64,000 nt of DNA from a virus. The DNA is taken from the IMG/VR virus record IMGVR_UViG_3300032287_003731, positions 32,954 to 96,953 of that record; one strand, given 5' to 3'. Under the pieces are notes generated by a model that made no database searches, was not told where the DNA came from, and saw nothing but the letters and a program-made list of their open reading frames with translations. The translations under genes were made by a program, and so were the position numbers. Shown one piece after another: positions 21,590-32,676 of the stretch (within the stretch, counting starts at the first letter, position 1; every line of letters begins with the position of its first letter).

Positions 21590-22153
21590 TTAACATACAT
21601 AGGGATCACAAAATTGTGGAAATGATAGAGTAACATAGGTTGATCCTATATAGAATTGTTCTCCATGATACCTACTAGTTCCATTTATTACTAGATTACC
21701 AGAAAAAACATATCTAATTGTATTACAAGTCATTCCACTATTGCCCTGTTGACTAACATTTAATGAACCGCCGTTTATTATTAAAGCATTTGGACTTGTG
21801 TCTGATTCTCCAGAAGGTGATAGGCAAGAAACATCATCATAACCAATTACACTTAACGAAGCTGCAGATATTGTTATTGCTGTTGAATTTATATAATCAT
21901 ATATATTAGCATAAAAATAGTTTGTTTCGTACTTAACTTCTAAAGTAGTACTAACAGCATCATAATACACTCCTCTAAACTCAGATAATGAGTGGGGTGC
22001 ATTTTGATCAACAGTAGCTTCATATGTTTTTACTAATGAAGATGGTTGAGGAGTACTTCCACCTGCTAATTTAGTATTAGCTGTATTTCTTGTTAGATGA
22101 GCTTCTTCATTTATATCTCCAAACGATATTGGTCCACTACTTGGTAAAGGCAT
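21590..22153 (-). CDS. Fibre-tip adhesin-like protein
   Basis: MPLPSSGPISFGDIN...SLSEFRG N-terminal docking-type motif; overlaps the end of the S74-bearing fibre gene. Confidence 0.65.
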   Translation of the reverse strand: MPLPSSGPISFGDINEEAHLTRNTANTKLAGGSTPQPSSLVKTYEATVDQNAPHSLSEFRGVYYDAVSTTLEVKYETNYFYANIYDYINSTAITISAASLSVIGYDDVSCLSPSGESDTSPNALIINGGSLNVSQQGNSGMTCNTIRYVFSGNLVINGTSRYHGEQFYIGSTYVTLSFPQFCDPYVC

Positions 22154-25100
22154 CTAGTCTAGATTTTAATTCGTCGATTTGCTTTTGTTGTTCTTTAATT
22201 GCTTCAATTAATAAAGCAGTTAAGTGATTGTAGTCAACTGTTTTAAATGTACCTTGACCTAAACGTTCTTGTTCACGTACAAGTTGAGGTATTACTTTTT
22301 CTACGTCTTGTGCTATTAAACCTATTTCTTCTCTATTTGCTCTGCTGCCTTGATTTCCTATCCATTTATAATATACACCTTGCAATTGTTGCACCTGATC
22401 AAGAGCTACACTACCACATACTTGTCTTATATCGTATTTTAGATTACGATCTGAGAATGAATAGAAACCAACTACATCATCGGCTGCTCTAAACATACCA
22501 CTTGAAGAGAACTCAAATTTATCTGTATCTAAAAAGGATAATTTAACACTATCTAAATCTAATGATCCACTACCATAAAATCCAGAACCTGTATAACTTG
22601 CAAATCCATAATTTACAAAAGAAGAAATACCTAATGATGTATGGTTAATTTGAGTATTACCACCAACAACATAGTCTGTTCCTCTAAATACAATAGCTGC
22701 AGATCCATCAGCACTAGAAGCTATATAATGAGAAATATCATAATTTCCTGCTGTATTAGTAAAAGCACTTTGAGTTTGATATATTTGAGATATTCCTAAA
22801 GTAGTATTACTAGTCCATATAGGAATATAATCAGTAGTTCCTCCACTTAAATTTGCATTTGAAGCATAAGATGCAGTTATTGCCCTTGATGCACTTACAG
22901 CATGTGAAGCACTAATAACACTATTTGAACCAAATGGACCGAATACACCGGATGCTGTTATGTACGATGCTGTTAACGCAAACGAAGCAGATACTGCTCT
23001 TGATGAACTAAGAGCAAATGAAGCACTTACTGCATTTAACACATATGAAGCAGTACTTGCAAATGATGCTGAAACTGCATTTAACACATACGATGCTGTG
23101 CTTGCAAACGATGAACTAACAGCATTAAGTATATAACTAGCTGTTACTGCTTGTGATGCACTAACAGCCCACGACGATGTACCAAACAATGAACCAGTTA
23201 TTCCAGCCCCCACAACAATTAAACTACCAGTCATACCTACTGAACCAGTAAATTGATGTGTATTACTAAGTAGTGTTCCAAAGCGACTAGAACCTGTTAC
23301 AAAATCAATTGATGATGTTATAGTTTGTACTACTATTGTTTGAGCAGTTAATGTATTTCTTACAGTAAAATTGTCTGCAGATGATGCTGTAGCAGCGAAC
23401 GAAGCACTAACTGCGTTTTGAACAAATGAAGCAGTAGACGCAAACGAAGCGCTAACTGCATTAAGTACATAACTGGATGTTAATGCTTGTGATGCACTTA
23501 CTGCCCACGATGCTGTTCCGAATAAAGAACCAGTAAAATTAGTTGCAGTCACACTGCCACTTACATTTACACTGCCTGTTATTGTATGAGTATCAGTAAT
23601 TACATTACCTATTTTAACACCTGTAGTTTGAACTTGAAGTTCTATATTGTTACTTGGTGCTACTGTTAATGAACCGGTAATGATTGTATTACCATTAACG
23701 TCAAGTTTAGCATTAGGTGTTATAGTACCAATACCAATATTACCAGTACTTTGATACATTACACTACTGCTTAATGCTGTAGCACTAGTCCACATTGTGA
23801 TATAGTTTGCAGCACCGCCGCTCACGCCACTAGAATTAGCAGCAAACGCTGATGTTACAGCATGTGAGGCGCTTATTACGCTGTTTGATCCGAATGGACC
23901 GAATACACCGGATGCTGTTATATACGATGCTGTAGCAGCAAATGATGCACTAACTGCATTTTGAACGAATGAAGCAGTAGATGCGAATGAAGCACTAACT
24001 GCATTCTGAACGAACGATGCAGTACTAGCGAATGATGCTGAGACTGCGTTTTGGACGAACGATGCTGTGCTAGCAAATGAAGATGAAACGGCATTAAGCA
24101 CATAACTAGCTGTTAATGCTTGCGATGCACTAACAGCCCATGATGATGTACCAAATAATGATCCTGTAATTCCAGCTCCTGTAACATTTAGCGAACCTGT
24201 AATTGTAACACTACCCGTGAATTGGTGTGTATTACTAAGTAATGTCCCAAAACGTGATGAGCCTGTTACAAAATCCGTTGAGGATGTTATTACTTGTGTT
24301 ACAATAGTTTGTGCAGTAAGAGTACCACGTACTGTAAAATTATCAGCTGAGGAGGCTGTTGCTGCAAACGATGCTGAAACGGCATTTTGGACGAATGAAG
24401 CAGTTGAAGCAAATGATGCACTAATAACACTATTTGAACCAAAGGGACCAAACACATTAGAAGCAGTAACAAAAGATGCTGTTAGAGCATTTCTGGCTAA
24501 GGAAGCTGTAGAAGCAAATGATGCTGAAACTGCGTTTTGAACGAAGGATGCTGTACTAGCAAATGAAGATGAAACAGCATTGAGTACATAAGATGCTGTT
24601 ACTGCGTTTTGAGCTTGAGATGCACTTAATGCGTATGATGCTGTTGTAGCGAATGAAGCACTAACTGCGTTTAGTACATAACTTGCCGTTTGAGCATTGG
24701 ATGCTGATAAAGCATATGAAGCACTTACAGCGTTTAATACATAAGATGCACTAACAGCATTTTGTGCTTGTGACGCCGATAATGCATATGATGAACTTAT
24801 TGTATTATTAGCCCATGATGCTGTTCCGAATAAAGAGCCTGTTATTCCAGCTCCTACAACAGTTAAACTACCAGTTATACTTACACTACCTGTAAATTGA
24901 TGTGTATTACTAAGTAATGTACCGAATCGAGATGAGCCAGTTACAAAATCAGTACTTGAAGTTATAACTTGAGTTACTATTGTTTGAGCAGTAAGTGTAC
25001 CACGTACTGTGAAATTATCTGCAGATGATGCTGTTGCAGCGAACGATGCACTAACTGCGTTTTGAACGAATGATGCTGTGCTAGCAAACGATGAACTAAT

Positions 25101-27506
25101 AATACTGTTTGATCCAAATGGACCCCAAACATTAGATGCTGTTACAAAGGATGCTGTTAATGCATTTTGAGCTAATGATGCCGTTGAAGCAAAGGATGCA
25201 CTAACTGCATTTTGAGCGAATGATGCTGTACTAGCAAACGATGCTGAAACTGCGTTTTGAACGAATGAAGCAGTAGATGCGAATGAAGCACTAACTGCAT
25301 TTAACACATATGAAGCTGTGGAAGCAAACGAAGCAGATACAGCATTCTGAACAAACGATGCTGTACTGGCAAACGATGCTGAAACTGCGTTTAGCACGTA
25401 TGATGCTGTTACTGCGTTTTGAGCTTGTGATGCGCTTAATGCATAAGATGATGATATAGCGTTTAAAACGTACGAAGCTGTTAGTGCTTGGGATGCACTT
25501 ACTGCCCAACTTGCAGTTCCAAACAACGACCCTGTAATTCCAGCTCCTACAACAGTCAAACTACCAGTTATACTTACTGAGCCTGTAAATTGATGTGTAT
25601 TAGTGAGCTGAGTACCGAAACGAGTTGATCCAGTAACAAAGTCAGTTGATGAAGTAATTACCTGTGCTATAATAGTTTGAGCAGTTAATGTACCTCTTAC
25701 CAAGAAATTATCTGCTGATGAAGCAGTTGCTGCATAAGATGCACTTATTGCATTTAGTACATAAGATGCACTTACTGCATTTTGTGCTTGAGATGCACTT
25801 AATGCGTATGATGCGCTTAATATACTATTACTTCCATAAGGACCATACACATTAGATGAAGTAACATATGATGCTGTTGCTGCTGTAAATGAACCGGTTC
25901 CTAAATAATATAATTGTCCTGAACTTGAATTATAAGCTACAAAATGAGGTTGACTAACATTAGTTAATCCTGGTAAAAATACTGAGCTGGTTATACGAGC
26001 ACTGCCTGATACATCTAAAGTATATGCTGGTGAAGTAATACCTATTCCAAAATTACCTGTATTTAATAAAGTAGCTTTTACTGTATTGTTTGTAATAAAT
26101 TGTAATGGAAAATTATTTATAGTTCCAACTATACCAGCATAAGCAGTAGTACCTGTTAATATGCCTCCTCCAGAGTTAGTTTCAACTCCTAATCTTAAAA
26201 CACTAGTTGTATTTGATACATCAACTATAGTATAGTTTGTAAGATCATTTCCTTGATTAAATACAGTCCATTGTTTTTTTACAAACATATTTTCTGTACT
26301 AGCAGCAGATGCTGTTCCTATACCTACAAAACCATCATTTCTTAAGTATAATAATTCAGTTGATGAAGCATTTATAACATTTAAAGCAACAGTAGCCGAT
26401 GTAGAGCCTGCTCCTTTTACTTCTAGTCTAGCTGAAGGTAAAACAGTTCCACCACCTATAGTAATATTACTACCACTTTGATACATTACACTGCTTGTTA
26501 AAGCAGTATTTGTTCTCCATAGTGTAATATAGTTTGTAGTACCTCCTTCCACATTAGAAGCAGTACTAGCGTATGATGCTGATAACGATGATGGAGAATA
26601 ACTTGCTGTTGAAGCAAACGATGCACTTAAAGCATACGATGAACTAAATGCTTGTGATGCACTAAGCGCGTATGATGAACTAAATGCTTGTGATGCACTA
26701 AGAGCATACGAGGCACTTATTGCATTTAAAACATAAGATGCTGTTACAGCGTATGATGCACTTAGTATACTGTTTTTTCCGTAGGGACCATCAACGTTAG
26801 AAGAACTAACATATGATGCTGTTTCTGCTGTTGCTGTTGTTACGGTGACATTAAAAGTACTGCTATTACCTTTAGTGAATGTAATTGTAGAGCCAACAGC
26901 AGACGCTGTTATTAATCCTTGAAGTGGTAATGATGCTGTTAAAGCGTATGATGCTGTTAATATACTATTTTTACCATAAGGACCATCAACATTAGAAGAA
27001 GACACATATGATGCCGTTTCAGATGTTGCTGTTGTTACACTAACGTTAAAAGTACTGCTATCGCCTTTAGTAAATGTAATTGTAGAGCCGGCTGCTGATG
27101 CTGTAATTATGCCTCGTATAGGTAAAGATGCAGTTGAAGCATTAGTTGCTGTTAAAGAATTTAATGCAAATTCAGAATAATCTGCTTTATAAGCAAACGA
27201 TGCTGTTCTTGCTAGTTGAGAATAATACGAATGAAGTGAAAATATACCAAATAAAGTATTAAGAGAATTAGTAGCATTTAATGCTACAGCAGCATAATTA
27301 GCATATGATGATGTTAAAGCATATGATGAACTAACAACACTACTTCCCGATCCTGCTAATATAACAACGCTTGGTACTCCTGCTGTTTCTTTTTTAAGAT
27401 ATAAAGTACCATCATTAACGTTAAGCGCTATTTCTCCTAAATCTAAATCTAAAATAGTAAATCCCTGACCAGGGATTGTTGTATAATTTGGAATAATCTT
27501 TGGCAT
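22137..27506 (-). CDS. Tail fibre (1789 aa) with C-terminal intramolecular chaperone (peptidase S74)
   Basis: SDRNLKYDI...GVYYKW...IGLIAQDVEKVIP...VDYNHLTALLIEAIKEQQKQI; GEIALNVNDG anchor; Ser/Ala repeats. Confidence 0.9.
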   Translation of the reverse strand: MPKIIPNYTTIPGQGFTILDLDLGEIALNVNDGTLYLKKETAGVPSVVILAGSGSSVVSSSYALTSSYANYAAVALNATNSLNTLFGIFSLHSYYSQLARTASFAYKADYSEFALNSLTATNASTASLPIRGIITASAAGSTITFTKGDSSTFNVSVTTATSETASYVSSSNVDGPYGKNSILTASYALTASLPLQGLITASAVGSTITFTKGNSSTFNVTVTTATAETASYVSSSNVDGPYGKNSILSASYAVTASYVLNAISASYALSASQAFSSSYALSASQAFSSSYALSASFASTASYSPSSLSASYASTASNVEGGTTNYITLWRTNTALTSSVMYQSGSNITIGGGTVLPSARLEVKGAGSTSATVALNVINASSTELLYLRNDGFVGIGTASAASTENMFVKKQWTVFNQGNDLTNYTIVDVSNTTSVLRLGVETNSGGGILTGTTAYAGIVGTINNFPLQFITNNTVKATLLNTGNFGIGITSPAYTLDVSGSARITSSVFLPGLTNVSQPHFVAYNSSSGQLYYLGTGSFTAATASYVTSSNVYGPYGSNSILSASYALSASQAQNAVSASYVLNAISASYAATASSADNFLVRGTLTAQTIIAQVITSSTDFVTGSTRFGTQLTNTHQFTGSVSITGSLTVVGAGITGSLFGTASWAVSASQALTASYVLNAISSSYALSASQAQNAVTASYVLNAVSASFASTASFVQNAVSASFASTASYVLNAVSASFASTASFVQNAVSASFASTASFAQNAVSASFASTASLAQNALTASFVTASNVWGPFGSNSIISSSFASTASFVQNAVSASFAATASSADNFTVRGTLTAQTIVTQVITSSTDFVTGSSRFGTLLSNTHQFTGSVSITGSLTVVGAGITGSLFGTASWANNTISSSYALSASQAQNAVSASYVLNAVSASYALSASNAQTASYVLNAVSASFATTASYALSASQAQNAVTASYVLNAVSSSFASTASFVQNAVSASFASTASLARNALTASFVTASNVFGPFGSNSVISASFASTASFVQNAVSASFAATASSADNFTVRGTLTAQTIVTQVITSSTDFVTGSSRFGTLLSNTHQFTGSVTITGSLNVTGAGITGSLFGTSSWAVSASQALTASYVLNAVSSSFASTASFVQNAVSASFASTASFVQNAVSASFASTASFVQNAVSASFAATASYITASGVFGPFGSNSVISASHAVTSAFAANSSGVSGGAANYITMWTSATALSSSVMYQSTGNIGIGTITPNAKLDVNGNTIITGSLTVAPSNNIELQVQTTGVKIGNVITDTHTITGSVNVSGSVTATNFTGSLFGTASWAVSASQALTSSYVLNAVSASFASTASFVQNAVSASFAATASSADNFTVRNTLTAQTIVVQTITSSIDFVTGSSRFGTLLSNTHQFTGSVGMTGSLIVVGAGITGSLFGTSSWAVSASQAVTASYILNAVSSSFASTASYVLNAVSASFASTASYVLNAVSASFALSSSRAVSASFALTASYITASGVFGPFGSNSVISASHAVSASRAITASYASNANLSGGTTDYIPIWTSNTTLGISQIYQTQSAFTNTAGNYDISHYIASSADGSAAIVFRGTDYVVGGNTQINHTSLGISSFVNYGFASYTGSGFYGSGSLDLDSVKLSFLDTDKFEFSSSGMFRAADDVVGFYSFSDRNLKYDIRQVCGSVALDQVQQLQGVYYKWIGNQGSRANREEIGLIAQDVEKVIPQLVREQERLGQGTFKTVDYNHLTALLIEAIKEQQKQIDELKSRLDAFTK

Positions 27507-27544
27507 ATTTTATATTACAACGTCAACAGTGTTGAATATAAATA

Positions 27545-27769
27545 TTAAAATGAATTATTTCCTAAGTCTAACGTGTAGAAACTGCCACTATCGCCGAATG
27601 TATCTACGTTTTGAATTGTAATAGAACCAGTTATTGTTGGTGTTGATGCTACATAAACTGAGCCTGAGACTATAAATGATGGGTCTGAGCTGCCACTAAG
27701 AATTAATTGGTTAGTAGTGGCATTATATGATAAATTAGATAATACTTGTTTTAATTTTAATCGTGCCAT
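27545..27769 (-). CDS. Small virion protein, hypothetical
   Basis: 74 aa with SGS/TGS motifs like neighbouring structural genes. Confidence 0.6.
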   Translation of the reverse strand: MARLKLKQVLSNLSYNATTNQLILSGSSDPSFIVSGSVYVASTPTITGSITIQNVDTFGDSGSFYTLDLGNNSF

Positions 27770-27770
27770 T

Positions 27771-29015
27771 TTAAATGAATTTACCTACAGCTATTATTTG
27801 GTCTGTTGATTCAAACGAGTACTCTAAATTAGTAGTGTTTACTGTTAAAGTACAAGTTCCATTTCCATTATCAGTAAATGATGTAATAGCATTTGCATCT
27901 ACGTATTGACCATTAACAAAGAAATTAAAGTTAGTAGCGGATGTTGCTGGTAATGGTGATGGAGCTGCTAAGAAAGATCCATTAAATATAGCTGTATTTG
28001 ATGTAATAGTAGCAGCATACCTTGTTATACTTGTTCCTAAGTATGAAGCTAATTCAGTATTTAAAGCTACAGTTGTACTTGTTATGTTCACATTATAAGA
28101 ATCAACAGCCGATGTAGCTCCCATTGCTGTTTTAGGTGCTGGAGTAGCTTTACCAGTGGGTGAAAATGTTTCAGCAGTTTCTGACGTTTCGAGCGTAAAT
28201 GTTATTCTAGATGGAGAATAATGCATATTAGTATCTGATAGATGTTGGTTAATACTATTAGCAATTAAGTATCCATTTACTTTTAAAGTAATATTAGTAG
28301 TTGCTACTCTATCTTCACCAGTATTAATAATATTTGTTGTAGCAAAACTATCAATCATAGTTCTAAATTGCCATCTATTTTTATCACCCCAATATGAATC
28401 AGCAGCATATTCAATTGCTTCAATTAATTTGTTATTTTGTTCTACATAATTAGTTAAAATAACAACCTCATATGTTAGAGTAACATAATCAGGTACTACA
28501 GAAACATAATATTGTTTTGATGGTATTCTATTTGTTAATATAGAAAATTTATCATATTGATTTCTTTGATTATATCTACTTTCAAATACTTGAAATAAAG
28601 ATGCTAAGTTACCATCTATTTTATTACCTAAATTTCTATTTTTTTCAATTCCATTTCTTTTAAACATTATAAGAGGAATTACTAATTTACCATTAGTATC
28701 TCTATAATAACCATCTTGTTGTACTGATTTCCAGCGCTCAGGAGAACCATACATTACTGGAACATTAATTACATTACCATCTTGTACTACAGTAGGTAAA
28801 ATAGCAGTTTCAAAATAGTATTTAATAGCATAATCAATATCTTCTAAACCAATAGTAATATCCTTTATATTATCAGTTTTACGAGTAGTGTTTAATGCTC
28901 TATTATCACGATGAGTGAATACATTTTGACTAACTGGTTTGTCCTGATAGTAAGGATTAATAGTATCTTGTACTATTTCTGCTTGATTTTTTGGTATAGG
29001 TTTGCGATTTTGCAT
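27771..29015 (-). CDS. Tail terminator/sheath stabiliser (gp15-like) with C-terminal beta-rich extension
   Basis: IDYAI, VPVMYGSPERW, PLI, VPDYVTLTYE motifs; position after neck genes. Confidence 0.7.
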   Translation of the reverse strand: MQNRKPIPKNQAEIVQDTINPYYQDKPVSQNVFTHRDNRALNTTRKTDNIKDITIGLEDIDYAIKYYFETAILPTVVQDGNVINVPVMYGSPERWKSVQQDGYYRDTNGKLVIPLIMFKRNGIEKNRNLGNKIDGNLASLFQVFESRYNQRNQYDKFSILTNRIPSKQYYVSVVPDYVTLTYEVVILTNYVEQNNKLIEAIEYAADSYWGDKNRWQFRTMIDSFATTNIINTGEDRVATTNITLKVNGYLIANSINQHLSDTNMHYSPSRITFTLETSETAETFSPTGKATPAPKTAMGATSAVDSYNVNITSTTVALNTELASYLGTSITRYAATITSNTAIFNGSFLAAPSPLPATSATNFNFFVNGQYVDANAITSFTDNGNGTCTLTVNTTNLEYSFESTDQIIAVGKFI

Positions 29016-29365
29016 TATTTGCCTGATTTTCTTAATTCTAACATCTTATCTAGAGCTTTTGTATACTTGTATAATTGATTATGAAGTTTATTTATTTCTT
29101 TAGCAACTTCTTTAATGTCTTTATCAGGATAATATAAAAAGGCTTCAAATTCTTTTTTACTATTAAATATATTTTTTCTCATTTTATCCATCTTAGGAAG
29201 ATAAATTACTTGACTTCCTATGATTATACTTCCTTTATCAAATAATTCTTTTTGCTGTTGTGGGGTTAATTTAGTAATATCATTAGTAATTTCTTCTGGT
29301 TCTTGACCCGGAGAATATATTTGACCTGGCTTTTCTAGTTCCTTTATAATATTTAATAATTTCAT
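29015..29365 (-). CDS. Hypothetical protein with MKLLNIIKE leader
   Basis: 116 aa; translationally coupled. Confidence 0.6.
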   Translation of the reverse strand: MKLLNIIKELEKPGQIYSPGQEPEEITNDITKLTPQQQKELFDKGSIIIGSQVIYLPKMDKMRKNIFNSKKEFEAFLYYPDKDIKEVAKEINKLHNQLYKYTKALDKMLELRKSGK

Positions 29366-29375
29366 TATATATATT

Positions 29376-29717
29376 TTAGTATGATCCTACTTTAGTAATT
29401 GTATCGTATCTTGGAATAAACTGTAATAATCCAGGTACTCTATTTTTAGTTACAGCATTTATACCAATTTGTTTAATTGATGTTTTAGCATCACCTCTTC
29501 CAATATACTTTATTTTAATCAAAGAATATTCATATTGAGGTGTTTTTTTTCTATTTAAAAAATCACTTTGTACTACAGTCACAACAACTACATCTTCTAA
29601 TGCTCTAATTTCATTATATATTTCTACCTTATTTTGTTCAGCTTCTGTTTTAATTAGAATATCACATCTAAAAATAGTAATACCTTCATTTAATAATATT
29701 TTTTCTAAAATTCCCAT
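29376..29717 (-). CDS. Hypothetical protein with ILEKILLNE leader
   Basis: 113 aa; coupled to the upstream gene. Confidence 0.6.
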   Translation of the reverse strand: MGILEKILLNEGITIFRCDILIKTEAEQNKVEIYNEIRALEDVVVVTVVQSDFLNRKKTPQYEYSLIKIKYIGRGDAKTSIKQIGINAVTKNRVPGLLQFIPRYDTITKVGSY

Positions 29718-30310
29718 TAGCTATACTGTATTAAGTTAAGTTTTGTTGTTCTTGTTAAATGAGCTACTACTTTATATACTACTATTTGACCAGGAGTACC
29801 AACAGTTGATTCAGATCTACCAGTACCAGGTATAGTTATAAATGATCTATTTGAATCATGCACTTCATAATATCTTTCTTGATCAGTAACTATATCTCCT
29901 ACTTCAGGTAAAAAATCAAGCTCAGCTAAAGTTATTTTTGGTATTGTTAATGTTAGTGTTTGATTAACATCAGGTCCGTATTCAGTGTCAGTATAAACAA
30001 AATCACCTCTTTCAATTAAACATCTTACCTCTACTGGGGGATAATACCATTTTTCTATTGATTCACCATACATATTTGATTTAGTATTAATTAGGTCTAT
30101 TTTAAAATAGCCTACAGTCATATTACTAAAACGAATAGATGATTTAGCAGCTTGATCTATAAATGTATTTATAAAATCAGCACCAGTTGGAGGTAATTCA
30201 GGAGCAGTAGGAACTCCTTCTTTAGTTACCGGAGCAGAAGGAACTACAGTTGGATAATTCGGATCGGGGCAGTTATCTACAGGTATATATTTTGTTATTC
30301 CTCTTGGCAT
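29717..30310 (-). CDS. Neck/head-closure protein (gp14-like)
   Basis: NMYGES, PEVGDIV...YYEV; follows the neck protein. Confidence 0.65.
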   Translation of the reverse strand: MPRGITKYIPVDNCPDPNYPTVVPSAPVTKEGVPTAPELPPTGADFINTFIDQAAKSSIRFSNMTVGYFKIDLINTKSNMYGESIEKWYYPPVEVRCLIERGDFVYTDTEYGPDVNQTLTLTIPKITLAELDFLPEVGDIVTDQERYYEVHDSNRSFITIPGTGRSESTVGTPGQIVVYKVVAHLTRTTKLNLIQYS

Positions 30311-31881
30311 TAGAATATATAAATTGGTAATGGTATTTGAGTTAAAGTGTCACGAGCAAATTGAGCTTCTTGTTGTTGACGCTCTAATTGTGATTTACGC
30401 GATACTTCATTTAACATTTCTTTTAATTCAGTTAACAGTTGTTCTTTTTCTGTTCTAGCGTCTTGAATTAAATCGGAGCCTTGTAATGCACCTACACCTT
30501 GAACGTTAACTGTAGAATATTCTAAACGAATATGAGCTTCAATTTCACGGCATAGTGCTAATGTATATTTAAATATCCAAGTTCTACCCACAGTGTTTAT
30601 TCTAGAGTATATTGGGTTTCTATAAGGAACATTCATTACATCAGTAACAACATTATTTCTATTATCCTTTATAGGATTAAATTTATCACTAAATTTAACA
30701 TACTCAAAAAATAATTTTTTATTTTCAGTAGGTATAGGAAATATTTTTAATTTATTATTTACTAAATTAAATGAATAAGCTGCTTTTCTGATTTGATCAT
30801 TAAACTCAATCGCTTGTATTTTTTGTATATCAAAATAAATAGGCATTAATAAGAAGTTAATACCTGGTGAGAATTGACCAAACCCAAAAGTTTCAAGTAA
30901 TGATTGAATACCTGTACCTGTGCCAGCATATGGATCAAAATAACGAACAATTGCTGGTGGTTCTTCATAGAATACTCTTCTAATTTCTATTTTATCGCCT
31001 GGATCTAATGATGCTGAGTCTGCAGCCCATACATTTAAATCATAATCTTGAACTCCTCTTTTCATGTGGAGAGTTCCAGAAATTACATTGTAATTTCCCC
31101 CTACTCCAGCTTCACCTGCATAGTTTTCAGCTATAGTAGTAGTTAAAGTAGCTAAATTAGTACTTATTAATTTATTATTAAATTCAGGATCTAATACGTC
31201 TTGAATATAAACTGTAGGTATAGATCCGGTTCTAAATAAAGCAGATCCGCTTGATATTTGAGGACTAGTAGTGAAGAAATAAAGATAACTGCCACTTACT
31301 TTATTTAATTTATTGTAAACATACTGACTTAAATCATAAGTAACAGATCCACTTACATATTCTGTAGCTAAAGTAAATGATTTAACATAATCTAAATTAG
31401 GTAATATAAAATCAGATAATGAAGCAGATATAACATATACACTTCCAGCATTTATTGCTTGAGTATATGTTGGGTTATTATCTATATCAGTTAAAGTAGC
31501 TAATCTAGCACCAGACCAAGTAACAGGTGAACTTACATCTATACTATTTACATAAGTAACAGTAGCATTATTGAAAGGAGATGATTCTGCTCCTTCCATA
31601 CTTAAATATTGGTCTCTAATCTTATATTGATAAACTAAATTACCATATGTAGTAACTGCTTCTTCAAAAGCAGCATATACGGTTAAATCACTAATGTTAA
31701 GTTGAGTAAGACCTAAACCAGTACCTAAGCGTTGAGCTACAAATCGTGCAACACTTTTAGCATCTCTTACAAATTCAGGATCGTTATCATAATATTCAAA
31801 TGGAGTATTACATTTAACGGGTGTTAAGTATGATGTGTCTCCATAGTATTTATCGTAAAGATCTTTAAGATTTATAGCCAT
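30310..31881 (-). CDS. Neck/head-tail adaptor (gp13-like) with internal insertion
   Basis: AQRLG, AFEEAVTTY, LKIFPIP, WIFKYTLAL, GSDL, PLPIY. Confidence 0.75.
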   Translation of the reverse strand: MAINLKDLYDKYYGDTSYLTPVKCNTPFEYYDNDPEFVRDAKSVARFVAQRLGTGLGLTQLNISDLTVYAAFEEAVTTYGNLVYQYKIRDQYLSMEGAESSPFNNATVTYVNSIDVSSPVTWSGARLATLTDIDNNPTYTQAINAGSVYVISASLSDFILPNLDYVKSFTLATEYVSGSVTYDLSQYVYNKLNKVSGSYLYFFTTSPQISSGSALFRTGSIPTVYIQDVLDPEFNNKLISTNLATLTTTIAENYAGEAGVGGNYNVISGTLHMKRGVQDYDLNVWAADSASLDPGDKIEIRRVFYEEPPAIVRYFDPYAGTGTGIQSLLETFGFGQFSPGINFLLMPIYFDIQKIQAIEFNDQIRKAAYSFNLVNNKLKIFPIPTENKKLFFEYVKFSDKFNPIKDNRNNVVTDVMNVPYRNPIYSRINTVGRTWIFKYTLALCREIEAHIRLEYSTVNVQGVGALQGSDLIQDARTEKEQLLTELKEMLNEVSRKSQLERQQQEAQFARDTLTQIPLPIYIF

Positions 31882-31913
31882 TTATAAGTAGTATTTAACA
31901 CGTATAAATATGG

Positions 31914-32582
31914 TTACTTCCCATATTCGTATTCAAGTATTTTTCCTACTAGATCAGAACGATGATTTTCTTTCAATTTAATCCACTTAATTTCTTCTAT
32001 TTTTTTAGATAGTTCGATTACGTAACTTAATCCGTTTATTTCGCCTGTATGCGTTTTTATATCGGTTTGTTCATTGTCACCGTTAATTACTATTTTACCT
32101 GTTTTACCTAAACGTGTTAATATAGCTAGCATTTCACCTTTAGTTAAGTTTTGTGCCTCTTCTACAATCAGTATATCATCGATTGTTTTACCACGTATAA
32201 ATTGTACTGGTAATGCTTTTATTTTTTCTTCAGATACAAGATTAGGTACTTCGTTTTTATTGGAACAGCATTTATTAAGATTTTCAACAAGTGCTTCCAT
32301 ATAAGGATCAAACTTACCATTAATATCTCCAGGTAAAAATCCTAAACTTTTTCCTACTTCAATTGCAGCACGTGTGTTGTAAATACAATTGATTTGTTTT
32401 TTCTTAAGAAAATCTAATGCTGCTTGAGCACATACTAATGATTTACCTGAGCCAGCTCTGCCTGTTATAACTACTATTTGGTTTTCTACTATTAATCGTT
32501 TTGCTTCTTTTTGTTCTTCATTTAACTGTACTGCACTAATGGATTTAATATCACTTTTTCTTTCACGATTAGGTTCACGCAT
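31914..32582 (-). CDS. phoH: PhoH-family ATPase
   Basis: GRAGSGKS Walker A, LGFLPGD, FIRGKT, VEEAQN, LTRLG, NGD.EQ.D, NHRS. Confidence 0.93.
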   Translation of the reverse strand: MREPNRERKSDIKSISAVQLNEEQKEAKRLIVENQIVVITGRAGSGKSLVCAQAALDFLKKKQINCIYNTRAAIEVGKSLGFLPGDINGKFDPYMEALVENLNKCCSNKNEVPNLVSEEKIKALPVQFIRGKTIDDILIVEEAQNLTKGEMLAILTRLGKTGKIVINGDNEQTDIKTHTGEINGLSYVIELSKKIEEIKWIKLKENHRSDLVGKILEYEYGK

Positions 32583-32607
32583 ATAACATTATTTGATATA
32601 AATATAT

Positions 32608-32638
32608 AAAAAAAGCTCGACCTTACAGGGTCGAGCTT
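32608..32638 (-). terminator. Terminator after major capsid gene
   Basis: AAGCTCGACC/GGTCGAGCTT stem plus T run on the minus strand. Confidence 0.85.
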
Positions 32639-32676
32639 AGAACTATAATACTGAGACTATAGCGGGGCGTGTTGGA

